Shown here: positions 40,178-50,261 of the stretch, piece by piece
Layout of the letters: each line of letters starts with the position of its first letter
Position numbering within the stretch: the first letter of the stretch is position 1
Assembly (NCBI GenBank): GCA_023205875.1
Contig: CP060760.1
Coordinates: 62,001 to 126,000, forward strand
Direction: 5' to 3'
From: Chloropicon primus
Lineage: Eukaryota
DNA length: 64,000 nt
Made by a program: the position numbers and the translations under genes
Notes under the pieces: generated by a model
Told to the model about the DNA's origin: nothing
Database searches by the model: none
The model's input: the letters and a program-made list of their open reading frames with translations, nothing else

Positions 40178-41560
40178 TGGTGGTGGTTCTTCTTCGACTG
40201 TTGGGAACGCGACCTCGTCGTCGTCGGAAGAAGGGGGGATGCCGTGGTATGTGACCAGGCAGGCGACCCTCTTGGCGTCCCTCTTGGCGTGCGTGTTCGC
40301 GATTCTTTCGGTCTTCATAGCCTTCCTACACATCAGGCACCACCTGAGAAACTACCACGAGCCGGTGGTACAACGGTAAGTGTTGGGTTCACCCGAGTCC
40401 ACGGCAGAGTCCTCTTGACTCTCTCGAACGGGAGTGCGTTGGCTTGGTGACTGACGGCGGGTGTCTCGGGCTCCTTTTGTATAATCTTTTCTGATGTCTC
40501 CTTTAGGTACACCATACGAATCGTTCTGATGGTCCCCATTTACGCAGTTATGAGCTGCATCAGCTTATTCTTCTACGGCAGCATAGTGTCTTTCATCGTG
40601 ACCCTCGTGCGGGATATCTACGAGGCTTACACGCTGTACAACTTCCTGGCTCTGATGCTCTGCCTGCTCGGCGGTCCGAACGTTCTCGTGAGCAAGTGGA
40701 AGGAGGATGCGCAGACGACACAGAGGGGCGAGAACGGGGATCAGGGCGGGGAGGCTGTTGAGGACCACGATGAGCTGGGCAGCCAGTTCAGCTGGTGGAC
40801 GTGCACGTGCTGCTTGAAAGACTTGCTGAAGATTGACATCAACAATCCGCTCTTTCTCAGGATGATAAGGCAGGGAGTCATGCAGTACATCTTTGTGAAG
40901 ATCATTCTCGCGGTGTTTCAGATCGTCCTTAAATGTGTGGGCAAGTACGAGGAGCAGCTGCTGAACTTTGAGAGCGGTTATGTTTACTGCGTCGTTGTTT
41001 ACAACGTCTCCATCGCGATAGCGTTGTACTCCCTCGTGGTTTTTTATCTTGCGACGAAAAAGTACTTGAAGCCGTACCGGCCGGTGCTGAAGTTTGCCTT
41101 GGTCAAAATCATCATCTTCGTCACGTTCTGGCAGGGCCTGGTGATCAAGACGCTGTTCATGTTCCGCGTCATAGAGCCGCTGAAAGGTCTGAACTCGGGG
41201 GCCTCGGGAGACTTCATAGTGAATTTTCTCATCTGCTTCGAATGCGTCATTCTGGCGGGCCTGAACATACTGGGATTCCCGCCAGGAACGGTGAAGAAGG
41301 GAAAGGAAACGAACATCGTGCACTCACTGAAGCACTTTGTGAGGATGAATGACGTGCTGATGGACACTGCCCACACGTTTCTGCCGAACCAAAAGTACTC
41401 AGAGTTCGTGGTCATCAACGCGCACGAAGGCTTTCAGCAGGACGAAGAGCAGAGCCCCTCGCCGGAGCCCACGCAGCCACCAGAAGACAACGATTTGCCC
41501 CTGATCGCCATTGATGAGCCACTCTCGCACGAGAGTACTGTGAAAGCGGCTGTTGCATAG
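40173..41560 (+). CDS. TMEM184/OST-alpha (LAZ1-like) membrane protein, 2 exons
   Basis: Intron at 40376-40506. HLRNYHEPVVQR|YTIRIVLMVPIYA, RDIYEAY, KFALVKIIIFVTFWQG and ICFE. Confidence 0.92.
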
Positions 41561-41709
41561 GGCGATCGTATCCCAAAAGCAAGATTATAATTTATGTATA
41601 TAAGTTGTACTTTTCCTCCAACGTATCTTCGTGTGCATCCTTGCCCAAGACATCGCTTGCCTCGCTGTCTTTGCATCCCCAAAGCAAAAGCTTTCCCATC
41701 CCATCAAGA

Positions 41710-42527
41710 TCACTTTGCGCTTTGGGGCCGGCCTTTGTCTGCACTGACCTCCTTCCTGCCCACGTAGTTCACCTTGGCCGTCCTTCTGGCCGGTACTGCT
41801 GACATGGGCCTCGAGGTCGTCTCCCCTGTGAACGGGTCGCGGGTGCCCCTCTTCGAGCTCCGTCCATCTTTCCTCGCACTCTTGCCACGGTTGTACGTCG
41901 AGTTCGTGAAGAATCGAGCGCTCGACGGCTTCTTTGGGGTATACACGCCGTGAAAGAGCTGAGACCTGCTGTGGTTCCTCGACGCCGACAGCCTGTTCGG
42001 CTGGGAGTCTTCGCATCCTTATGGAATTCATAGGGAAGGCATGAAACGAGTCGAGTCAGAGAGAAACCCTCCACCGACAGGGGATCGGCATGACCGTGGC
42101 AGCCTCCACCACTTACCTGGGAACTGGAAGAGAACAGGCTTTGACAGCGTCTGTTTGTTCTGCAAGTTCTCTAGACCGATATTCTTCTTCTTCTTCCCTT
42201 CGTGGCTCTTCTGCACCCGCATGATGAGGTCCTTGATGTGCTGCTCTCGCTGAATGGCTCGCCGCTTGTTGTGTGTCACGGCACAGCCAGTGAGGAGCAG
42301 CTCGCGCTGGATGTCAACCTTGAAAGCTGTTCCAGCGGGGTTGCGCCCCGAGAGGAGAAGAGGTAGGGAACCCAAACCAAGTCAGTCGTTGCTCAGCGCG
42401 CTTCGACGCCACAAGGGCAAGATTTTCCTGGACACTTACTAGGCTTTGTCGAGGACCTCTTCGAGGAACGCTTGGGGTTGGCTTGTGCCTGCACGCCCTC
42501 CTCCTCAATACCCGTGGCCCTGCTCAT
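41710..42527 (-). CDS. Hypothetical basic protein, 3 exons (~201 aa)
   Basis: Exons 42527-42440, 42326-42117 and 42017-41710 are joined by GTAAGT...AG introns with CTGAC branch points and consistent phases. The product ends ...RPMSA...RPQSAK. Confidence 0.6.
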
Positions 42528-43178
42528 GACACCAAGACGGGTTGTTTTCTCCTCTTCCTTTTTTCTCTGTCTGTCTGTCTGTCTGTCTGTCTCTCCTTTC
42601 AGGGTACGGCCTTCCCGTGCTTGTCAATCACGCGCTTGAAGGACGTTCAATCGTGAGCTCCTCTCCTCTTCCTGCCACCATAAGCTCCCCCTCCCTTTTC
42701 CCCTCTTTGTCCACAAAACTTCCTCCCCAGGGCGTCTCTTCCTTCGAGCGACCGCTCAAACGAAAGGCCAAGGCAAGACTCTTCCCCCTAGCCCCCTTCC
42801 CCCCCTCTTCCCCTCCTCTCCCTCTCTCTCTCTCCCTCCCTCTCTCTCTCTCTCCCTCCGTCTGTCTGTCTCTTCACCAGCAGCAGCTATGCCATTGCTA
42901 TTGCTTAGAGGGACAAAGCAGTCCAAAGGCGAGCTCCATCGCTTGCAAGGTCGAGTCTTGGGACGAGGCACCGGGAGCTGCATGCGGACTGCCTCGCCAA
43001 GAACCAGATTCTTCTCGGCATCATTTCCGAGGACGGGGAGATCGTGCTCAACCCCAGCGAGCGAGAGGGGAGGGGAGGGTCATCACCGGGAAGTCCAAGC
43101 TGATTCTCCTGCATTCCTCTTCCAAGGCGGGTTTTTAGTAAAGTACATTGTTATAAAGATTTCAAGACAAAAGAAAGA

Positions 43179-44388
43179 TTACTCCTCCTTCTCGTCCTTG
43201 CTCAAGGACATGAGGTCGTCCAGCGACAGCCTGATCGAGGGACCCATCGTCGAGGTCACAAAGGCGTTCTTGAAGTAGATGCCCTTGGCGCCCGTCGGCT
43301 TGTTCGCCTTGATGCTCCCCACAATCGCAGCAAGGTTTTCCTGCAAATCCTCGGCCTCGAAGGACGTCTTGCCGAAAGAGAGGTGCACGATGCCTCCCTT
43401 GTCGGCCCTGTACTCGACGGTTCCTGCCTTGAGCGCGTTGACGGCCTGCGAAAGAAAAAAGAAGGCGCGACGAGCGACGAGGGCTCGGCAGTCAGTGTGC
43501 ATGTTTTGGCTCGCCCGGAGATTTCTTCGCCGAGGTCTCTCTGCCTTGCTCCCCCACCCCTCTCCGTCCACGTGCTGAGGCCTCAAGTCTTGTTGTACAA
43601 GTTTAAAACCATCCACGAGAACCCCGTGGAAGGGCCTCGTGTCCTTACAATGTAGATAAGGATGTATTGTAGAATTCATCAACGGCCAAAGACGCGGCGC
43701 GGGGGAAAGACGCGGGGAAAAGACGCTGCACCATCACTCTTGTACTACTCACCTCCTCCACGTTGGGGGACACCGTTCCCGCCTTTGGGTTGGGCATGAG
43801 GCCCTTGGGACCCAAGACCCTTCCGAGCTTGGCCACCTTTGGCATCATGTCAGGCGTCGCCACGAGCTTGTCGAAGTCCAGCATGCCTCCCGCAATCTCC
43901 TCGATGAGGTCCTCCCCCCCGACGTACTCAGCGCCGGCTGCCTTGGCGGCCGCCTCCTGGCCGCCACCGCAAAGCACTGCTATCCTGACCTCGTTTCCCG
44001 TTCCCTTGGGAAGGGCCACCGTTGCCCTGAGCTGCTGGTCGTTGTACTTGGGGTTGATGTTCAGGCGGATGTGGGCCTCCACCGCCTCGTTGAACTTGGT
44101 GGTCGCGTTCTCCTTCACGAGCTTGAGCGCCTCGAGCGAGTTGCACTCGGCGGTCCTGTCCGCGTACCCCTTGGAAGCAAAGTTCGCCTTGGCCTGCCTG
44201 AACCTCTTGGACCCCTCCGTCGCCACGGACGCCTCCTCCACGGCCGCCGCCCTCGGCACCACGCACCGAGGACCTCTCACCCTCAAGCACGCAGCCCTCT
44301 GCCTCCCCACCACAACCCTCGTCGTCGTTGGACAACTATAAGTCACCCCCTGCATGCGGTGAAACGAGCTCGAGCAGACGACTCTCAT
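43179..44388 (-). CDS. rpl1: Plastid 50S ribosomal protein L1 (uL1c), 2 exons
   Basis: Intron at 43752-43446. [44 protein letters not shown] and TSTMGPS, with a transit peptide. Confidence 0.97.
43579..43687 (-). ncRNA. Candidate intronic structured RNA (C/D-box snoRNA-like)
   Basis: Lies inside the unusually long rpl1 intron: GGCC-G-TTGATGA ... CTTGA-GGCC, with internal hairpins TCCTTA/TAAGGA and CACGAG/CTCGTG. Confidence 0.35.
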
Positions 44389-44978
44389 GACGACCGACCG
44401 ACCGAGGACCTTGCAGTGGAAAAAAAAAGAAAAGAAGGAGAAGGAGAAGAAACCGACGGGCTTCCGTTACGACTGGCGTCCGTTACGTCGTCCGGAAGTG
44501 GAGTCGGAGTTGCAATGACAATGTGCACAACACAACAGAAGCGCCCCTCTCTCCGCTTTTTTGTCCGTCCTCCCTTTTCAGCCCCAAATTCACCGGCCAA
44601 ATGCGGCTGTAGAAATCCGGTCTTGGGGAGAACGGGGGGTGATTATCTTATCCAAAAATATTCTCCCTGTGACGTTCATTATACAGTGCAAATGGAAGGG
44701 AGGGGGAAGCCTTTCCCTTTGCCTGTCCCTTGGTCCTTTTTCGTTCCCGCCCCCTTCTTCTTTTGCTTCCTTCGATCTCATTCTTTCATTCTTTCATTCT
44801 TTCATTCGTTCTCTCTCTCACATATCACATTCTCTCTCTCTCTCTCTCTCTCTCTGGATCCTCTCCTCTCCGCACACGCACGCACACACAAGAGGTCGTC
44901 GTCGTCGGTCGTCGTGGTGATCCGATCCGAAGAAGCAAGCAAGGGCATTTCTCTTCTCCTCGTCTTGCTTGGGTCCCT

Positions 44979-45009
<31 letters not shown>

Positions 45010-45166
45010 GTCTCTCTTTCTCTTTTTTCTTCGCAATTGTATTGCAAGTACTTACGATTAAAAAGCTTATTTTTCGGGAAAGGATATTGAATAGTATTGA
45101 TACAAACGATCCGTTGTCAATTCCATGGTCGAGCGCGCGAGAGAGCGCCACGTGCACACGCTCATC

Positions 45167-46627
45167 CTAGGCCGTCACCTGAAGAGCGAACTCAACAACA
45201 TCGCAGATAGTATGGACTTCGGCTTCGGTGAGGTGAAGCGGAAGCCTGAGGTCACAAGCGTACTCGATGTGCTTGTAACTGGTCTCACAGTCGGTGGGTG
45301 GCAAGGCAAACTGCCAGGTCTTGAAGTTACGGGCGTTGTCGTGCGCTCCGAAGATCTCCATGGGGACTCCCCTCTTCTTGCACTCGTCGGTGAAAGCGTT
45401 GGCCTCGTCCCAGTTCCTGCCCTTCAGGTTGAACTGGAGGGAGTCGCCCACGCCGTTGGCTCCCTCGAGCTGGAAGGGGACTCTGATCCCGTCCAACTCG
45501 CACAGCCTCCTCTCGGCGATGGCGTAGTTGTACCTGTGCTTCTCGTACCTGCCCTCCAGCAAGGGGAGCTGAGGCTGGATGATCGCGGCGGTGATCTGGT
45601 GCATCCTCAAGGAGTAGTTCGGGGTCTCGAACTTGAGCTTCTCGAAGAGCTCGAAGTTCTGGGGGGCCGCAAGGTGGCTCTTGTACAAGTACTCGTAGGA
45701 GCCGGCGACCAGGATGGACCTGACGGCGATCTCCTCGTCGTCGGTCACCAGGAACCCGCCCTCGCCCGAGTTGATGAGCTTGTTGGACTGGGCGGAGAAG
45801 CAGGCGGCGACGGTTCCGTGCTCGGAGCTTCCGCTCTTGATGCCGTTCCAGTCGCACCCAAGGCTGTGGGCGCAGTCCTCGATGAGGGTGATGTCGTACT
45901 TCTTGCAGACCTCGGCGACTCCGGTCATGTCGCACAACCTTCCCCTCATGTGGGACACGATCGCGATCTTGGCGCCGGATTCCTTGGCCTTCCTCTCGAA
46001 GTCCTCGACGTCGATCACGAACTGGCTGGTGCAGTTGACGTACTCGGGCTCGCACCCGGCGTGCACGATCGCGCTCGGGACGGCGGCGAAGGTGAAGGCG
46101 TTGGTCAAGATCTTGGTCGGGCCAGGGATCTTGCTGAGCCTCTCTTTCTCCTTCTGGAGCACGGCGTACACGGACAGGAAGATCGCCGAGCCGCACGAGT
46201 TGAGGGCCACGCAGTACTTGTGCCCGGTGACGTCCGCGAAGGACCTCTCCACGAGGGACACGTCGTCCACGGTCTGGTCTGGGTTGTTGGCGCCCGGGGT
46301 GAGACCCCCGTACCTGAACATCTTTCCGGACTCCATGACCTCCCTACACCGCTGGATTCCCTCCTCCGGGACTGGGCACGGGGACTTGATGTTGATGGCG
46401 AGTCTTGGCTCCTCCGAGTTCTTGTCGAACACCGGCAGCTCCCCCTCGCTGACGACCTGCTCGGACTCCTGCACGCCGCCCTCCTGCGGGACCCTGGCCA
46501 CGAACACCGGGGAGAGCCTGGTGTACTTCTTGGGGCCGCTGAAGGTGAAACCGAACTGGTTCTTCTCCTGGGTCATCTGGAGCTTGCGACAATCCTTGTT
46601 CAACTTGGTTCCACAAAGTCTCGCCAT
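45167..46627 (-). CDS. DegT/DnrJ/EryC1/StrS-family PLP-dependent aminotransferase
   Basis: ALNSCGSA, NAFTFAAVPSAI, SHMRG, LIEDCAHSLG and FSAQSNKLINSGEGG (PLP Lys). Intronless. Confidence 0.9.
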   Translation of the reverse strand: MARLCGTKLNKDCRKLQMTQEKNQFGFTFSGPKKYTRLSPVFVARVPQEGGVQESEQVVSEGELPVFDKNSEEPRLAINIKSPCPVPEEGIQRCREVMESGKMFRYGGLTPGANNPDQTVDDVSLVERSFADVTGHKYCVALNSCGSAIFLSVYAVLQKEKERLSKIPGPTKILTNAFTFAAVPSAIVHAGCEPEYVNCTSQFVIDVEDFERKAKESGAKIAIVSHMRGRLCDMTGVAEVCKKYDITLIEDCAHSLGCDWNGIKSGSSEHGTVAACFSAQSNKLINSGEGGFLVTDDEEIAVRSILVAGSYEYLYKSHLAAPQNFELFEKLKFETPNYSLRMHQITAAIIQPQLPLLEGRYEKHRYNYAIAERRLCELDGIRVPFQLEGANGVGDSLQFNLKGRNWDEANAFTDECKKRGVPMEIFGAHDNARNFKTWQFALPPTDCETSYKHIEYACDLRLPLHLTEAEVHTICDVVEFALQVTA

Positions 46628-48060
46628 GTTGATTGAATGATTGATATGATGGGTCGTGCAGGCGGTGTCGTCAGGCGGTGTCGTCGGTTTTCGTTCTCGT
46701 TGTTGCTGTTGCCGTTGTTGTTGTTCTACTACTGCTGCTGCTTCTGATGGCGGCGAAGAGGCAGGAGGCAGGAGGCAGGAGGAGGTTGTTGTCAGCAAAC
46801 GAATGTTCTCTTCTTGTTCTTCACTTCCTTTCTCGAGTCGATCGGCACCACGACGAGGACGACGCCGTGGAGGAGAAGCGACGACGACGATCGCTTCCTT
46901 TCTTCTTCTTCTTCTTCTTCTTCTTCTTCTTCTTCTTCGTCGCCGCCGTCGAAGCGGAGAGCGAGAGAGCGCAAAGGGATGGAGAGCGAGCATGCGAGCG
47001 AGGGCGAAGAAGAAGACATCTCCGTCGTTCGTCGTTCGTCGTTCGTCGTTCGTCCCTCGTCGAGTGTGTTGTTGTATTCGAGGGAATCGCGTGGACCGGA
47101 CCTGACTGGATCGATCGATCGATCTTGTTCAGTTCTTCCCCCCTCGTCGCACGTACCTCACGTCGTCTTCGGTCTTCGTCTTCGTCGTCTTCGGTCTTCG
47201 GCTGGGTCGGTTCTTTGGCGGTGGGCGGTCGATCAGCCTCTCGTTTTTTTAGCGGCGATTGGCGCGGGGGGGGAGATCGCGGCCGTGGGAAAAAAAAACA
47301 ACACGAACAAGTAGTTTTCCCACACTACAACCCAAAGAATCTGGGGAGACATGCGGGAAAATCTCTGGGGACACCAACATGGGAAAACTACACGGTGCCC
47401 TCGCGCGTCGCAAATCTGATTCTTAAAGATTTTCTATGAGAGACATATTGAGAGTGTATGGGTAACTACAGTGTGGGTAACGTCTCTAGAGAAACATGCT
47501 TTGTTGTTCGGTGGAAAAGGAACCAGCTCGGCAGGGGACGGAGACGGAGACAAAGGGGGGCGGAGATGAAAGGAGGGAAGGGAGGGGAAGGGGAAGGGGA
47601 AGGAACGAACGAACGAACGAACGAACGAGGTTGACGTTCGAGTGTTTTGTTGCAAAAAACGAGAAACACGGTGGACCTGGGTCAAGCGGCGCCAGGCCTC
47701 GAGTGCGGTCCTCGATTGTTCTCTCTTTCTCTCCTGGACTCCTGGATTTAGGACTGTTAGTCCAAGAAAAGGGGCGCCTTTGTCGTACACCCCTTCCGCG
47801 ACCATAAAGCCAAAAAAGGAAGTAATGATGGGGAAAAGGAAAAAACCAAAGGGGGTGTCGTAACAACAACGCCGCATCACCGCATCACCGCCACGATCAA
47901 ACACAAGGCGGCGGTCGGCGGTGGCGGTGATGGCGGTGGTGGTGGTGGTGGGCCAAGACAAGAGCCGTCTCGCTGAAACATCGATATATATACATACATA
48001 TACATATATCTATTATTATATATAATGAAAAAACAACAAAAGTCCCAAAGACTGCTGGCT

Positions 48061-49428
48061 TTAGACCCTCCCGTTGTCCTCCTCGTCGTCGTCATACTTC
48101 GTCGCCTCTCTCTCCTCCCCGTCCCGCGCCCCCCCCGCCGCCGCTGCTGCTGACTCCTCCTCCTCGACGATGGAGGCGGGGAGGACCGCGGGGGAGGGAG
48201 GACCCCCGCCGCCGCTGCTGTTGCCTCCTCCTCCCCCCTCCCCCTGGCCAAAGGCCTCCAGCATCAGCAGGGCGTTGTCCGCGATGGAGTCCCTGTGCAA
48301 GATGCTGTCGCCCCTCTGCCTCCCTGCGCTGGCCTTCAGCTGGGACTCCACGTTCTCGAGGTCCTTGAACACAAAGGTGTTCATCCTGTAGACCTTCTTC
48401 TTGCCCTTCCTGTCGCTCCCCTCTCCGTAGACCTCACTCTTGCTCTTGGTCTGCCCGCCCTTGCCCTTGCTGACGCCGGAGGGGCTGTCGCTCTCCGCGT
48501 ACAGCGTGTAGTCGTGGTACGCGGGAGCGAACTGATGGAAGGTGTCCGTGACGACGTCCGTGAAGCTGATGGCGTGAGAAATCTTGCCGCCCAAGTTCGT
48601 GACGTTCAAGTTCTTCGAGTCGTGAACGATGTAGAGCTTGTGGGGGAACGCGTAGAGGGTCCCGATCGCGGCGGCGAACATCTCCACGCAGATGAGGCAG
48701 TTCTGGATCTCCGTCGCGGCCTCCGCGGACTCCACCACCCCAATGCTCGTCAGCAGGGAAAGGACGAACCCTTGCCAAAAAGTGAAGAAGATGACCCCCT
48801 TGATCAGCACGAACTTCATGACCGGGTTGTACGGCCGGAGCAGGTCCTGGGCCGCCAGGTAAAAGATGATGAGCCCGTAGAGGGCCACCGCGTAGCACAC
48901 GTTCATCACGAAGACGATGTACACGTAACCCTTTGCCGGAGAGAAGTCCCCCTCGCTGTACTTCTCCTCCGACTCCAGGACGAATATCGTGGCCGCCAGG
49001 AAGGGTTTGGCCAGCACGAACTGAAGCGTGGCTTGCTTGCACTGCCTCAGCAGCTTCCCGTCCACTTCCAGCGGAGGGAAGCAGCACGTCATCAGCATGT
49101 AGCTCGGCTCCACCACCTTGCCTTGGGCCCTCGTCTCGATCTCCCCGGGGCCTCCCACGTACAGCAGGCAAAGGGAGTGGAAGTTATACAGGATGAAGGC
49201 CTCGTAACAGTCCCTTATCGTCGACACGTACACGGCGTCCTTTGGATTCCCCAGAGTTATCACCGAGCATATCGCGTATACAGGCACCATGAAGATGATC
49301 CGTATGATGTACCTCTGAAACGGGGGAGAATTGTAGTACCGGAGGTGCATGCCGATCTGGTAGGCGGCCAAGGCGCAGGCGAACACCGAACATATCGAAC
49401 CTAGCACCAGCGCCACCGTGTTCACCAT
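48061..49428 (-). CDS. TMEM184/OST-alpha (LAZ1 homolog) membrane protein
   Basis: HLRYYNSPPFQRYIIRIIFMVPVYA, RDCYEAF, KFVLIKGVIFFTFWQG, ICVEM and DTFHQFAPAYHDY. Confidence 0.95.
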   Translation of the reverse strand: MVNTVALVLGSICSVFACALAAYQIGMHLRYYNSPPFQRYIIRIIFMVPVYAICSVITLGNPKDAVYVSTIRDCYEAFILYNFHSLCLLYVGGPGEIETRAQGKVVEPSYMLMTCCFPPLEVDGKLLRQCKQATLQFVLAKPFLAATIFVLESEEKYSEGDFSPAKGYVYIVFVMNVCYAVALYGLIIFYLAAQDLLRPYNPVMKFVLIKGVIFFTFWQGFVLSLLTSIGVVESAEAATEIQNCLICVEMFAAAIGTLYAFPHKLYIVHDSKNLNVTNLGGKISHAISFTDVVTDTFHQFAPAYHDYTLYAESDSPSGVSKGKGGQTKSKSEVYGEGSDRKGKKKVYRMNTFVFKDLENVESQLKASAGRQRGDSILHRDSIADNALLMLEAFGQGEGGGGGNSSGGGGPPSPAVLPASIVEEEESAAAAAGGARDGEEREATKYDDDEEDNGRV

Positions 49429-50213
49429 CCTTGCCTTGCTCCTCCCCTCGGCCTAGCCTACCAACTCACTTCCTCGTCGTCGTGCCGGCGCCCTGTGAAA
49501 GAGACCAGGCGCTTCCTCGGACCAACACCACTGCAGTGCGGACTCCTGCTCTAGCCAGAGGAGCCCGACCTGCGTCCGAACTCGTGTTCCCCTTGGACCA
49601 AACCTTGGCCTGGCGTCCAAAAGCTTAGAACGTCGCTCCAAGGCTCACCAGGACGTCAAAACTCTCAAGTGACGGCGCAATCGAAGGCTCTTGACCTGAA
49701 GTTTCCTTTAATCGGACAAAGAGAGGTCCTCCTCCGTCCTCTGCCCCCTCCTCCCGTCCCTAACCCGCGCCAGCACCTCCAAAGGTTCCCACTGGCGTCC
49801 CCAAAGGTTTTGTCTTGGGACGCATTCGCTGGCCCCCGTCGGGCGATCGATGGAGAGGGAGGGGAAGCGGCGCGCGGTTCGAGGAAGCGTGGGCAGGACG
49901 CGGACGAAGAGGGAAGGGCGAGTGCGCAGAACGAAAGCGTGTCTCGCGAGCTTTCGATAGCGCCGTCGCTTGTGCATTTCGACGCTCGGAGTGGTTGTCG
50001 ACGGAGTTTGGAGTGAGTCCCGTCTCGATCGCGACGAGGGGAGAGGGAGTGGACTGCGTTGGCGGTGGTGGTCACCCTCGCCACTTCTCGTCGATCTGCC
50101 GCGGACTCGGAGCCCATTGGCTTCCGGAGTCCTCACCCAAAACCTCTCCGCTTCAGACGCGCAGGCGTCAGAACTCTGCCGGATTGATTGCAGGGCATTG
50201 ATTGATTGTTTGG

Positions 50214-50245
<32 letters not shown>

Positions 50246-50261
50246 GGTTTGTTTGGATGCG

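Noticed and set aside
42111..42120. ACTTACCTGG, resembling the U1 snRNA 5' end
   Set aside because: It is the reverse complement of a consensus splice donor (CAG|GTAAGT) in the minus-strand gene.
47434..47961. 175-aa minus-strand ORF or hairpin-rich RNA between DegT and TMEM184
   Set aside because: It is partly built from simple repeats, with no recognisable family or splice support. The hairpins are short, so the evidence is insufficient.
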